DNA of 64,000 nucleotides from Candidatus Riflebacteria bacterium HGW-Riflebacteria-1. Its GTDB lineage: Bacteria > Muiribacteriota > Ozemobacteria > Ozemobacterales > Ozemobacteraceae. A model generated the notes under the pieces. That model saw nothing but the letters and a program-made list of their open reading frames with translations. It did no database searches and was not told where the DNA came from. The stretch covers positions 1-64,000 of the forward strand of contig PGYB01000006.1 in NCBI GenBank assembly GCA_002839445.1, given 5' to 3'. Positions 48,203 to 58,150 of the stretch are shown here, one piece after another. Position 1 is the stretch's first letter. Every line of letters starts with the position of its first letter. The position numbers and the translations under genes were made by a program.

Positions 48203-48817
48203 CTAATCACCGGGTTCAAGATACCGGCGCATGCAGCTGTTATCGAGGGCTTTACTCGGAGCACCCTTGACGCCGCCATGTTCGTAGCTTATATCAAGAA
48301 TGAGCCTGGGCGTCTTGATCGGTGTAATAATTGAAACATATTCTACAGACTTGATCTGGTGAAGCTTGACAAGTTTGTGTTTGTGCAATTGCTCAAGCAT
48401 GGCAGCTACTGTTTGCTCATCGTAGCCGGTGCGCTCGGCCAGTTCGGCCGTGTTCAGCGGCAACATGCGGTCTTGTGGCCTGCCAATCTCGAAATCAAGT
48501 TCAATAAGCTTTTTAAAAACCGGCCAGGCATGTGGGCCGAATTTATCGTGCAGCTGTTTGGGCAGGCCAGAAAATTCAAGCCACTTGGGAAATCTGAAGC
48601 ACATCTTTTTCGGGTTTTCGCCGCCAGTTGTTGCTTTTTCGCCGCCGCCAGCCGGGTTGAAAAACGGTTCGAGATCTGCAGAATTAACGCGCCAGTCGCT
48701 GCCGACCTTGACTCCGGGTAGCTTTCCGCTGCGCAGCCAGCGCCTGAGCACTTCAGTGTTCATGTTAAGCAGCGCCGCGACTTCTTTGAGATTCAGCAGT
48801 TTTCGGGAAGTTGGCAT
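48203..48817 (-). CDS. Helix-turn-helix (excisionase/MerR-type) DNA-binding protein, 205 aa.
   Basis: LLNLKEVAALLNMNTEVLRRWLRSGKLPGVKVGSDWRV is a typical excisionase-family HTH. Start taken at the ATG with RBS AAGGA. Confidence 0.5.
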   Translation of the reverse strand: MPTSRKLLNLKEVAALLNMNTEVLRRWLRSGKLPGVKVGSDWRVNSADLEPFFNPAGGGEKATTGGENPKKMCFRFPKWLEFSGLPKQLHDKFGPHAWPVFKKLIELDFEIGRPQDRMLPLNTAELAERTGYDEQTVAAMLEQLHKHKLVKLHQIKSVEYVSIITPIKTPRLILDISYEHGGVKGAPSKALDNSCMRRYLEPGD

Positions 48818-49155
48818 GTTTCTATTTATCCTTTGATTGTGGCGATAAGAATACCATGCACGCAAAGTAGTAGCAAGCAAATTCAAAATGGCCAGCAATT
48901 ATCGGTGAGAAGCTTCCATTCATTTTTCCACAGTTGCCCACAGGCTGTACCCCGTGGCGATCTGTGGATAAATCTTCAAAAGAGCCTGTATAGTTTTGTG
49001 ATTAGTTTGACCGACAAATAGTCCAAACGAAATTTGTCGTAAAGTCCGCTTAATATAGGCAAATGTAGAATTACCGAAATTCGGCAGAGATGCTGGCATG
49101 ACCGGCAAATTTGGGTTATTGTAACGGTATACAATTAGAAAAAGAGGATTATGTC

Positions 49156-49779
49156 ATGACTCCAGACTGGAAAAATGAAGATGCGCAACACTTTGAGATG
49201 CATGCCAGCGAAGCGCTGCAGCCTCTCTATCAATGGTTTTTAAAAGATATTGAAGATGCCACCGGAAGAAACATTACGGGACTCGATGTATTAGACATCG
49301 GGTGTGGACCAGGCTTTATGCTGAAAACTTTTATTGAATCCGGTGCGACCAGGGTTGCCGGTGTTGACCTTTCCTATTCTATGCTTGAGTCTGCAGCCCG
49401 GTCGGGACGCGGCAAAGGAGCGACTCTGCTGCAGGCCGACGTAACAAGTCTGCCGGTCAGGCCACAGAGTTTCGATATCGTTTTCAGTCGTGGCTCAATT
49501 TTTTTCTGGCCCGAGCTTGAGATGGCACTTTCTGCTATTGCACACGCGATCAAACCTGGAGGAGTGGCTATTCTCGGCGGCGGTTACGGCCTCTCTACGC
49601 CACAGAATCTGGTCGATGCCGCCAGGCAGCAGCGCGGCAGCGATCACGGTCGCAATATTCCAAAAATCGACCACGATCATCTGCTTAAGATTGCGCAAAA
49701 AATCGGTGGCCGAGCCGAGATAAAGGCTGCATCGGGTCGCGGTTTCTGGTTAGTCTGGCGTCCCTCCCCGACTGTCTGA
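49156..49779 (+). CDS. Class I SAM-dependent methyltransferase, 207 aa.
   Basis: VLDIGCGPGFML (motif I), DIVFS motif II region. RBS AAGAGGA. Confidence 0.7.
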   Translation: MTPDWKNEDAQHFEMHASEALQPLYQWFLKDIEDATGRNITGLDVLDIGCGPGFMLKTFIESGATRVAGVDLSYSMLESAARSGRGKGATLLQADVTSLPVRPQSFDIVFSRGSIFFWPELEMALSAIAHAIKPGGVAILGGGYGLSTPQNLVDAARQQRGSDHGRNIPKIDHDHLLKIAQKIGGRAEIKAASGRGFWLVWRPSPTV

Positions 49780-49858
49780 ATATCTGCAAGATCTTGTTTC
49801 TGTTTCGTGCATTTCCGTGCTAGAATCGCAAAAATTTGATACTGCAGCAGGTTAACGC

Positions 49859-51793
49859 ATGAAATACAAGATCCTCCTTCTTGATCCTGATGTAAAAAAG
49901 AATGAAATAGAATCTCGCGAGCTAAGTTCGCGTGGAATCAGTGTTGTGGTCGCACGAAACGTTGCAGATGCCTGCCGGTTACTGCGCGAAGACGGGCTGA
50001 TTCACGTGATACTGACCGAATGGGATATTCCTGCCGACGAAGGCAGTTCGCAAAGCATCAAAGGGGCAGAGCTGTTCGAAGCGTTCAAAACGCTGCGCTT
50101 CGAGGTCACGGTTTTTCTCTACACAGATCAGGCTGACCTGCCCTATTGCAAGACCGGCGGCAGTCTCAGCGGCTATTTTTACAAGGGCGAACACGATTAT
50201 GACGATATCGTCAGAAAAATTCGCGCAGAAGTAATAAACAGCAAGAGTCGCGCGCCATTTTTTGAAAAGCTGCTCGAATATTCGCGCAAAGCCAAGGACT
50301 CCTGGCACACGCCCGGCCATGCCTCGGGCTATTCGGTTAAGAACTCGATCTGGGTACGTGACTTTTATGAATTTTTTGGCGCTAATCTTTTCAGGTCTGA
50401 TATTTCAGTGTCGGTGCCGATGCTAGACTCGCTGCTGCACCCGACCGGCGTCATCAAGGAAGCTCAGGAACTCGCCGCCAGGGCCTTCAGCGCCCGGCAT
50501 ACGTTTTTCTCTACCAATGGCACGAGCACGGCAAACAAGATTCTTTTGCAGACCCTGTTAGCGCCTGGCGACGCGATTCTGCTCGATCGCAACTGCCATA
50601 AATCGGTGCATTACGGAACCATTCTGGCGGGCGCCGAACCGCTCTATCTCACACCATCTATCAATAACCGCTACGGCATCTTTGGCCCGGTTCCCAAGCA
50701 TAGAATTATAACCGCCATGGATCACGCTCTGGCGGCCGGAAAGAAGCTCAAGGTTCTGATTCTTACTAACTGCACGTATGACGGCCTGATCTATGACATC
50801 GCCGACATCGTTAAAGAAGCGCACAAACGCAAGATCAAGGTGATTGTTGATGAGGCCTGGTATGGTTACGCAAGGTTTCATCCCTTTTTCTATCCGTGTG
50901 CCATGCAGGCTGGCGCTGACTACGCGACACAGTCAACGCACAAGACCATGAGCGCATTCAGCCAGGCTTCGATGATTCATGTCAATGATCCTGACTTTGA
51001 AAGCTTTGAAGATCGCTTTATGGAAATATTTAACATGCACACCAGTACTTCTCCGCAATACACAATGATTGCGTCGCTGGATGTCGCCCGCAAGCAGATG
51101 ATGATGGAAGGCTATGGCCTGCTTTCGCGCTGTATCGAACTTTCTGAGACCCTCAAGAAGAGTATTAACAGTCTCAGCAAATTCAGGGTTCTTGAGCTAG
51201 AAGACTTGATTTCAGACGAGGTGAAGCACGACGGTATCAAGCTCGACCCGACCAAGTTGACCATCGACGTTTCGAAGACCGGCTTTTCCAGCCGGGAGGT
51301 AGAGCATCTGTTGCTCGAAAAGCACAATATTCAAATCGAAAAGACCACGTTCAACACTGTGACTGTGCTGATAACAATTGGTGCAACGCACAGCAAGCTT
51401 AACCGCCTGTTTCTCGCGCTCGAAAACATCGAGCAGATGAGTGGCAACCGCAGTCCGTCAAAATCAAGTGGCATCGATGATTCATTTCTCAAGCTGTCAC
51501 CGATTAAATTCGTGCCGCGCTTTGCCTTTTATTCAGAGGGCGAAATCATACCACTGCGCGAGGCGACTGACCGCGTTTCTGTGCACATGGTCACTCCCTA
51601 TCCCCCTGGCATACCATTGCTGGTTCCCGGCCAGATTATCAGCAAGGAAATGATCGAGGCGCTGAATCATTATCGCGACTTTCAGGTTGAAATTCACGGC
51701 CTGACCGAGGGCAAACTCAAGGTGCTCACCGCCGCTGACGAAGCCCGTCTCGAAGCTGATGGCTACCGAATTCTTGATGTCATCGAAGACTAG
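49859..51793 (+). CDS. Orn/Lys/Arg decarboxylase family PLP enzyme with N-terminal CheY-like wing domain, 644 aa.
   Basis: STHKTMSAFSQASMIH carries the PLP-lysine motif SxHK. Overall length and layout fit the LdcI/AdiA/SpeF family. Confidence 0.75.
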   Translation: MKYKILLLDPDVKKNEIESRELSSRGISVVVARNVADACRLLREDGLIHVILTEWDIPADEGSSQSIKGAELFEAFKTLRFEVTVFLYTDQADLPYCKTGGSLSGYFYKGEHDYDDIVRKIRAEVINSKSRAPFFEKLLEYSRKAKDSWHTPGHASGYSVKNSIWVRDFYEFFGANLFRSDISVSVPMLDSLLHPTGVIKEAQELAARAFSARHTFFSTNGTSTANKILLQTLLAPGDAILLDRNCHKSVHYGTILAGAEPLYLTPSINNRYGIFGPVPKHRIITAMDHALAAGKKLKVLILTNCTYDGLIYDIADIVKEAHKRKIKVIVDEAWYGYARFHPFFYPCAMQAGADYATQSTHKTMSAFSQASMIHVNDPDFESFEDRFMEIFNMHTSTSPQYTMIASLDVARKQMMMEGYGLLSRCIELSETLKKSINSLSKFRVLELEDLISDEVKHDGIKLDPTKLTIDVSKTGFSSREVEHLLLEKHNIQIEKTTFNTVTVLITIGATHSKLNRLFLALENIEQMSGNRSPSKSSGIDDSFLKLSPIKFVPRFAFYSEGEIIPLREATDRVSVHMVTPYPPGIPLLVPGQIISKEMIEALNHYRDFQVEIHGLTEGKLKVLTAADEARLEADGYRILDVIED

Positions 51794-51859
51794 TCCGTTG
51801 CCACCAGGCAGCGCGAGCTGCCTGGTGTTGAATATTGCAAGAGATACGACCGGCGTCTC

Positions 51860-52834
51860 TTAAGGCTTTTTAACCTGGTTGCGGATAAATTTTCGTGACA
51901 CATCTGGAAAGTCTGAAAAGATGCCGTCGACGCCGATCTTGTTGAACAGAGTGTCAAGCAACAATTCAGTACAAACGCCTTCTGGCAGAGCATCAGCTCT
52001 AAAAGTGTATGGATGCACCATTAGCTTGTGCTGGTGTGCGCGCGCGACCAGATCAGAGATAACCGGCGTGCCCTCTTTGTCAAGACCGGTGATGATCTGT
52101 TTGATCCAGGGGCCAATTCCGACCGCGTAGCTGGCTACTTCTGCAACATCACAGTCTTCTTCAATCAGCTGAATCAGCTTTAGCTCGCATTTAAGTTCAT
52201 TCTTGATGCGCTTTAATTCGGCAAAGTCAAAGCATTGCAGGTAGATATTGTCTTGAGCTGTTTTGTAACCGTATTCTTCGAGAATCTGCAGCACGATTTT
52301 GCTGATGTCCCTGCCCTGCTCAAGATGCCAGGCCGGGTCTTTGATTTCCGGGTAAATCCCGATGTTCTTGCCGGTAGACTTGTTAAGTCCCTGAATCAGT
52401 TCAATTTCTTCCTGCAGTGTGTGCAGCCGAAAGTCTGATTTCCAGACGGGAAAACGCCCGGCGAAAACTGCGGTGCCAGAAGCTGGTTCAAAGCGCTCGC
52501 AGGCTTTGAGAGTCTTGATTTCGGCAAGGGTAAAATCGAGTGCGTAATAGCGGCCATCGTCACGGGCGCGGCCAGGAAAACGGTTTGCAACATCAGTAAC
52601 TGTGTCAAGATGAATGTCATGAATTACCAGGGCGTGGTTGTCTTTGGTCAGAACGACATCCTGTTCGATGAAATCTGCTTCCATTCCGTAAGCGAGGGCC
52701 TTGGCCGGCAGCGTGTGCTCGGGCAGATACGCGCAGGCGCCGCGATGCGCGATGTTAATGGGTAGATTCTGTGAATAGATTGACATGCAGCCTCCAAGTA
52801 TCATACAGATTACTGTTGCTACCAGCTTTTTCAT
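51860..52834 (-). CDS. Glycerophosphodiester phosphodiesterase (GlpQ/UgpQ-like), secreted, 324 aa.
   Basis: Signal peptide. IAHRGACAYLPEHTLPA...EADFIEQDVVLTKDNHALVIHD are GDPD catalytic motifs. Confidence 0.8.
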   Translation of the reverse strand: MKKLVATVICMILGGCMSIYSQNLPINIAHRGACAYLPEHTLPAKALAYGMEADFIEQDVVLTKDNHALVIHDIHLDTVTDVANRFPGRARDDGRYYALDFTLAEIKTLKACERFEPASGTAVFAGRFPVWKSDFRLHTLQEEIELIQGLNKSTGKNIGIYPEIKDPAWHLEQGRDISKIVLQILEEYGYKTAQDNIYLQCFDFAELKRIKNELKCELKLIQLIEEDCDVAEVASYAVGIGPWIKQIITGLDKEGTPVISDLVARAHQHKLMVHPYTFRADALPEGVCTELLLDTLFNKIGVDGIFSDFPDVSRKFIRNQVKKP

Positions 52835-52971
52835 TGGATACCTCGTTGAAAATATTTATAAAATTGTAGCATAAATTGCCGGCACTGGTTTAATTTAGGT
52901 TTGCTTTGCGCAGCCGCAAGCGGTAATATGTTTGTGCAATACTATGATTCATATTCTTTTACGGAGACAAT

Positions 52972-53604
52972 ATGGCTTTAAAAAAGTTTAACAAGTTCAC
53001 AAAAGTCAGGCTTGGCGAAGAAGAAGAAGAAGAAATAAAAGACGAAAAAGAAGACAAAGCGGGTGTTAACGAAGTTGTCGAACAAAAGCTTCTCGAAAGC
53101 AGGCAGATCTTTTTGTGGGGCCCGGTCGAAGATGAGACCGCCAAGGATATTGTTTCTAAGATGCTCTATCTCGAAGCGATCAAGACCGGTGAGCCGATTA
53201 CCTTTTTCATAAACAGCCCGGGCGGCGTAATTTCCTCGGGAATGGCGATTATAGATACCATGCATCTTATCAAGTCTCCAGTCAGCACAGTTTGCATGGG
53301 ACTGGCGGCATCGATGGGATCACTGATACTATCGGCCGGCAAAAAGGGACGCCGCTTCGTTTTTCCGAACGGCAAGATCATGATTCACCAGCCCAGCGTC
53401 GACTTTCTGTATGGTCAGGCCAGCGATCTTGAGATTCAGGCCAGGCAGCTTTTGCGCACACGTGAAGCCGTGGCGGGTATGCTGGCGAAGAACTGTGGCA
53501 AATCCAGGGAGCGCATCCACAAAGACATGGATCGCGACTACTGGATGGATAGCGAAGAATCGATCAAATACGGCATAGTCGACGACATTTTCAAGTTCAG
53601 TTAA
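52972..53604 (+). CDS. clpP: ATP-dependent Clp protease proteolytic subunit with acidic N-terminal extension, 210 aa.
   Basis: RQIFLWGPVEDETAKDIVSKMLYLE...INSPGGVISSGMAIIDTM...GLAASMGSLIL...IMIHQP covers the Ser-His-Asp region. The N-terminal 35 aa include a GAAGAAGAA-encoded poly-Glu stretch. Confidence 0.85.
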   Translation: MALKKFNKFTKVRLGEEEEEEIKDEKEDKAGVNEVVEQKLLESRQIFLWGPVEDETAKDIVSKMLYLEAIKTGEPITFFINSPGGVISSGMAIIDTMHLIKSPVSTVCMGLAASMGSLILSAGKKGRRFVFPNGKIMIHQPSVDFLYGQASDLEIQARQLLRTREAVAGMLAKNCGKSRERIHKDMDRDYWMDSEESIKYGIVDDIFKFS

Positions 53605-53644
53605 GGCTCTACCCGGAAGAGTTTTAGATACACAGGCAGGAATT

Positions 53645-54916
53645 ATGGAAAGTTTTGACTTTGTATTTCCGGTGCTGACCGGCATTTGTTTGTCTGCGAT
53701 CACGGGTTTTCGCGCATTTTTGCCACCGCTGATTCTCGGCATGCTGTTGCGATTTTTCCCTGAAGCAGTAATTCTCAAACCCAGTTTCGCATTTTTGAGC
53801 CAGGATCCGGTTCTGATAGCTCTTGGCGTGGCAGCCCTGGCAGAATTTCTTGGCGACAAAATTCCCGTTGTCGACAACATTCTCGACTGGTTTGAACTGC
53901 CGGCTAAGCTGGCATTCTCGGCCATTCTGACCTTCGCGCTGGTGCCCGGTGCAGCGCACTGGTTCTACCTGCTGGTTGCAATTGTATTCGCTGAATCGGC
54001 GACTTTTACCGTGCACACCGGCAAGGCCGGGTTGCGAGCCTTGTCGACCACGACCACCGGAGGTATCGCCAACCCGGTGATGAGTCTTATTGAAGATGCC
54101 ATCAGCTTCATTGGCACGATTGTCGCCATTCTCGCACCGGTTCTGGCTACCATTGGCATTATCTACCTGCTGTATCGAAGCATCAAATATCTTGGTGGGG
54201 CAAAAGGTGGCAACGAAGGCAAAATTGCCAACGCCACCCCTTCTTTTATCTGGTTTAACGTTTCGCAATGCCTGAGTCGCTGGTTTTTTCGCATCTATAA
54301 CGGCATGAAGATTTATAACTATGAACGCGTGCCCAAGAACATGCAGTTTGTAACCGTAGCTAATCACGCTTCGATCTGGGATGGCTTCATCATGGGCGGT
54401 GCTGTGCGCTTGCCTCTGTTTATAATGGTTAAAAAAGAAGCCTTCGACAATCCGATCAAGGGCTGGTATCTGCGCAAAGTTCTTTGTTTTCCGGTCGATC
54501 GCTCAAAAGTTGATGCCACGGCAATTAAACATGCATTGAAACTGCTTGGTGACGGCTATAACATTGGCCTGTTCCCCGAAGGAACCCGCAATCGCGATGG
54601 TAAAATCAGTCCCTTTAAATCTGGTGCCATAAAGTTTGCTCTTAGGAAAAAGTTGCCGATTCTGCCTGCATACATAGCGAACTCTCACCTGCTAACGCCG
54701 CCGGGCACCGATCTTCCTCACCCTGCTCGCATGTCGGTGCATTTTCTCGATGTGATCGACACCAAAGCTGAGCTTGAAGCCGGCAAGAACGAAGATCAGG
54801 TATTGCAGATGCTTTATGACCGTATTTGCGATAAGGGCAGCGAAGTTATGGGTTATGATGTTCGAGACACCTCGGTAGAGGGCAGTGAAGAAGAAACCGA
54901 AGCCGTTTCAGCGTGA
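53645..54916 (+). CDS. Fusion protein: N-terminal DUF4126-like membrane domain plus a 1-acyl-sn-glycerol-3-phosphate acyltransferase (PlsC) domain, 423 aa.
   Basis: N-terminal half with 4-5 TM helices (GFRAFLPPLILG). C-terminal VANHASIWDGF (Hx4D) and FPEGTRN acyltransferase motifs. Confidence 0.6.
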   Translation: MESFDFVFPVLTGICLSAITGFRAFLPPLILGMLLRFFPEAVILKPSFAFLSQDPVLIALGVAALAEFLGDKIPVVDNILDWFELPAKLAFSAILTFALVPGAAHWFYLLVAIVFAESATFTVHTGKAGLRALSTTTTGGIANPVMSLIEDAISFIGTIVAILAPVLATIGIIYLLYRSIKYLGGAKGGNEGKIANATPSFIWFNVSQCLSRWFFRIYNGMKIYNYERVPKNMQFVTVANHASIWDGFIMGGAVRLPLFIMVKKEAFDNPIKGWYLRKVLCFPVDRSKVDATAIKHALKLLGDGYNIGLFPEGTRNRDGKISPFKSGAIKFALRKKLPILPAYIANSHLLTPPGTDLPHPARMSVHFLDVIDTKAELEAGKNEDQVLQMLYDRICDKGSEVMGYDVRDTSVEGSEEETEAVSA

Positions 54917-54917
54917 A

Positions 54918-55928
54918 ATGCTAGATTCCATACTCAGCCCTGACCGCAACAGCAGTTTCTGGATAAAGGTGGACCACGACAGCCTGCTGAGCAACGTTGT
55001 GCAGGCAGCACAGCGTGCAGAGATCATTGATCTGAGTCTGCCCCTTTTCAGGCAGTTGTGGCCATATATTGAAGAAGATGTGGTGCGGGCCGGAATCAAG
55101 GGGGTAACTGGCTCATCAATACCGGTTCTGCTCTCTGCCAGCAATGAGCTTGAGAGAATTCTCAAACCCGCTTCGCGACAGAGCGACAAGGGATACGCGC
55201 GGGCCGGAATTGTTCCGGTATTGTCATCGGTCTCAGAATGTCTTGCCTTGTCAAATCTGGCCCAGGGCCTTGACCAGCGCATGCCATTTCTGATACATGT
55301 GCGCAGCACTGACAGCGATGCGCCAAGTGGTGACTGGAGCCTTGAAAGCATCTGCGAAAAAGTTCCCACCCTGCCAATGATAGATCTCTCCGGCTTTTAT
55401 TTAAGGTTTTCACCGGCGGCCCGTCTGATCGGCTATTTTAAAAGACTGCTGCACACAGCCGAAGCGGTAAACCAGAGAATAATATGCCCCGCTTCAGCAA
55501 GCGGCGAAATGCTGGCTGGAGTTTCCTACTGCTCAATGTGGGAAAATCTGGCAATTGATAGCGGCAAGTCAGCATGTTTTCCGTTAGAAATAGGCTGCTG
55601 GGCTTACCCGGTGCGCACCGGAGCTGACTATCAGGTGTTTCAGGCAGATATCGGGCGGCTGCACGGACTCCCAGAGGATTTTCCGGCAATTATCGAAGGT
55701 GAGCCGGCAAAGCTGCAAAAAATCGCTACTGATTATTGCGAGTTTGTCACGCAAAGGCCGCTTGAAGGGCCATTTCCGGCCCGGGTATTGCTTACCGGCG
55801 GTTCGGCTTATCAGTCGATAGAGCTTCGTGAGTGGCGGGTTGAAGATCTCAAGAATCTGCTCGGCCACCTCGAAAACTGCCCGATTTATCTGCAGAAAAA
55901 AGAGCGTTTGATCGAAATTATACCGTGA
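54918..55928 (+). CDS. Hypothetical protein, about 336 aa.
   Basis: ORF with no recognised motif. An ATG 2 nt after the upstream stop is taken as the start. Confidence 0.35.
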   Translation: MLDSILSPDRNSSFWIKVDHDSLLSNVVQAAQRAEIIDLSLPLFRQLWPYIEEDVVRAGIKGVTGSSIPVLLSASNELERILKPASRQSDKGYARAGIVPVLSSVSECLALSNLAQGLDQRMPFLIHVRSTDSDAPSGDWSLESICEKVPTLPMIDLSGFYLRFSPAARLIGYFKRLLHTAEAVNQRIICPASASGEMLAGVSYCSMWENLAIDSGKSACFPLEIGCWAYPVRTGADYQVFQADIGRLHGLPEDFPAIIEGEPAKLQKIATDYCEFVTQRPLEGPFPARVLLTGGSAYQSIELREWRVEDLKNLLGHLENCPIYLQKKERLIEIIP

Positions 55929-55930
55929 AT

Positions 55931-56689
55931 TCACAGCTTCGCGGCGTCACCTGTCGCGTCGTTAAACAGGCGGTTTTTAAACAGGTGCTCTTCATCGGCA
56001 AAATAGACGCGGTCTACCACTGGAGTCAGCAGCGGCTTGCCATCAAATGAGTTCAACAGCCACTGTTCAAGAAAATCTTTGATGCTGATACGCGCGGTAT
56101 CGCGTATTGAGTTGATATTTTTCTGGCCGACTTCTTCAAGCAATGCGGGGATCTGGTTCTGCAGGGCAAGTTTGACTTCTTCGCTGTTGCGTATGATGCT
56201 GTCTTTGACAACCCGAAGTTCATAATTGGAAAGATCCACGGCAGGCTTGTTAAACTCGATGAGCGGTGCCACCACAATCAACCGGCGCCCCTGGTCTCTG
56301 ATGTAAAAGGCCCATTCGCTGTCTTTGAGGCGAACGTAATAGGTGAAGTCGCATGAAACACGCGCGGCAACTTCAACGACACCGCCCGGCACGTAGCTGA
56401 ACAGCTTTTTTTCTGAAATAAAAGCAAATTCTTCTTTGCTGCGCAGAGAGGCAACCTGCAGATTGTTCTGGGTCTGCATGCTGCTGATGTAGGAAGTGAA
56501 CTGGCCGCGTGTTGCTTCTTCGCTGAGAGTTGGCATCAAGACGATTGCCGGTGCCAGTTTGAAAAAGAAATACCAGGCAAGACTGCCGCCAATAATCATT
56601 GCGCCGACCGCAACAATGGTAAAAGCCTTTGCCCAGTTAAATGGTAATCTCTGGGCGCTTTGTTCCCGGGCCTGAATGCTGTCATTCAT
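55931..56689 (-). CDS. Hypothetical membrane-anchored protein, 252 aa.
   Basis: Single N-terminal TM helix (FTIVAVGAMIIGGSLAWYFFF). Forms an operon with CheW. Confidence 0.4.
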   Translation of the reverse strand: MNDSIQAREQSAQRLPFNWAKAFTIVAVGAMIIGGSLAWYFFFKLAPAIVLMPTLSEEATRGQFTSYISSMQTQNNLQVASLRSKEEFAFISEKKLFSYVPGGVVEVAARVSCDFTYYVRLKDSEWAFYIRDQGRRLIVVAPLIEFNKPAVDLSNYELRVVKDSIIRNSEEVKLALQNQIPALLEEVGQKNINSIRDTARISIKDFLEQWLLNSFDGKPLLTPVVDRVYFADEEHLFKNRLFNDATGDAAKL

Positions 56690-56707
56690 GGTGGTTACAG
56701 CTCCTTA

Positions 56708-57418
56708 TCAATTGCCGGTCAGGCCTGTAGCAGCTTCTGGCGACTCATTTTCTACAGTTGGCATCTCTTCTGCTTCAGGTTTGGGGCGAACTGCCATAAA
56801 TTCACCCTTCAGCACTACCAGGTCGGCGCCAAATTCTATTCGGCACTTCCCTTCGATGATTCGAGCGACAAAACCTTCGGCATTTTTCATGGCAAGATCT
56901 TTAAGATATTGCAGTATATGCTTTGCGACCATTGTATCGGCGTCAAGCACCAGACTGTTAATCTGCAGCCGGTTTACGCGTATCTGCGACGCAGCAGCAC
57001 TTATTCCCAGCTGAAAAATCAGACTGCGCATAAAAAAGCCAGAGCCAGTTACATATAGCGTTGCGCCATCTTTATCTGCGCTGAAGCGCAGGCGTTGCAG
57101 GCAGAAACCTTTCTCAGGCGGCAGCTGATAGCCCGATAAAAAGGCGTTAAACTCAGAATGTGTCAGGGTGACTGCCGTTGTCTCAGAGATTTCGAGGTCG
57201 ACCAGTTTTTTTTGAAGTGTCCAGAACGCTTCCTGTTCTGGGCCGGTAAACTCTGGCAGGGCTGCCGGGGTTATGAGCAGCCGGAAGGGAGCCGCGAAAA
57301 CCACGGCTGCAACCGCCGCTGCAATAATGACCAGCATAACCGGGTGCAGACAGAAAAAGACGATTCTTGCCACGAGTGATCGCTGTGGCTTGACTTTTTT
57401 AGCTGCGGGCTGACTCAT
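56708..57418 (-). CDS. Hypothetical membrane-anchored protein, 236 aa.
   Basis: N-terminal TM (IVFFCLHPVMLVIIAAAVAAVVFAA). 1-nt overlap with the upstream CheW gene. Confidence 0.4.
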   Translation of the reverse strand: MSQPAAKKVKPQRSLVARIVFFCLHPVMLVIIAAAVAAVVFAAPFRLLITPAALPEFTGPEQEAFWTLQKKLVDLEISETTAVTLTHSEFNAFLSGYQLPPEKGFCLQRLRFSADKDGATLYVTGSGFFMRSLIFQLGISAAASQIRVNRLQINSLVLDADTMVAKHILQYLKDLAMKNAEGFVARIIEGKCRIEFGADLVVLKGEFMAVRPKPEAEEMPTVENESPEAATGLTGN

Positions 57419-57900
57419 CAGGACTTGAAGCTCTTAAGAACGCTCTGTTCTTCGTATGACAGGAGTTTTTCGATGTCGAGCAGAATGATCAGCTTGTCGT
57501 TGAGCTTGGCAACGCCCTGAACGTATTGAGAACCGATGTTTGACGCAAACATTGGCGGCGCCTTTTCGATTTCGTCGGCGAAAAAACGCATAACTTCTGA
57601 AACGTTGTCGACGATCATGCCGACAAAATTTTTGCCGAGTTCGACAATCAGAATTTTTGCACTATGTTTGCTCTCATTCGCATTGAGCTCAAAACGTTTA
57701 CGCAGGTCGATAATCGGAACAATTGTTCCACGCAGGTTGATAACCCCTTCAACGAACTGCGGCGCCTTGGGAACCTTGCGGATCTCAGTCATCGCGTATA
57801 TCTCGCGGACCTTATGAATAAAAACCGCGTATTCGTCTTCGCCCAGATAAAAACCTACTACCTGAATTTCCTGTCTGATACCAGGTTTTTTTACTGCCAT
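57418..57900 (-). CDS. cheW: Chemotaxis coupling protein CheW, 160 aa.
   Basis: YLGEDEYAVFIHKVREI...VINLRGTIVPIIDLR is the CheW-like domain signature. Confidence 0.75.
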   Translation of the reverse strand: MAVKKPGIRQEIQVVGFYLGEDEYAVFIHKVREIYAMTEIRKVPKAPQFVEGVINLRGTIVPIIDLRKRFELNANESKHSAKILIVELGKNFVGMIVDNVSEVMRFFADEIEKAPPMFASNIGSQYVQGVAKLNDKLIILLDIEKLLSYEEQSVLKSFKS

Positions 57901-57901
57901 G

Positions 57902-58150
57902 CTATTTTCCTTCGTTCTGTTGTGTGGTCTTTTCGGTTTGGCGCCGGCGTGTCTCTTTCAAATAAATGATAAAGCTCGCTATCTGAGCCATAAAAACTGC
58001 GGCATCATCGAGCCAGCCAATGATCGGCACTACATCAGGAATTATGTCGATCGGGCTGATTACATACACGAGCGTACAAATAAAGAGAAATATCTGCATA
58101 CCAGGCTTTGCCAGCAATTGTCTTGGAATTGACGGGCCCTTTTCGGTCAT
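57902..58150 (-). CDS. DUF1232 (YkvA-like) small membrane protein, 82 aa.
   Basis: ISPIDIIPDVVPIIGWLDDAAV is the DUF1232 hallmark. Confidence 0.6.
   Translation of the reverse strand: MTEKGPSIPRQLLAKPGMQIFLFICTLVYVISPIDIIPDVVPIIGWLDDAAVFMAQIASFIIYLKETRRRQTEKTTQQNEGK

Noticed and set aside
54885-54917. GTG start extending the hypothetical gene 32 bp into the PlsC-fusion gene.
   Set aside because: An ATG 2 nt after the upstream stop gives a simpler non-overlapping model, though neither start has a clear RBS.
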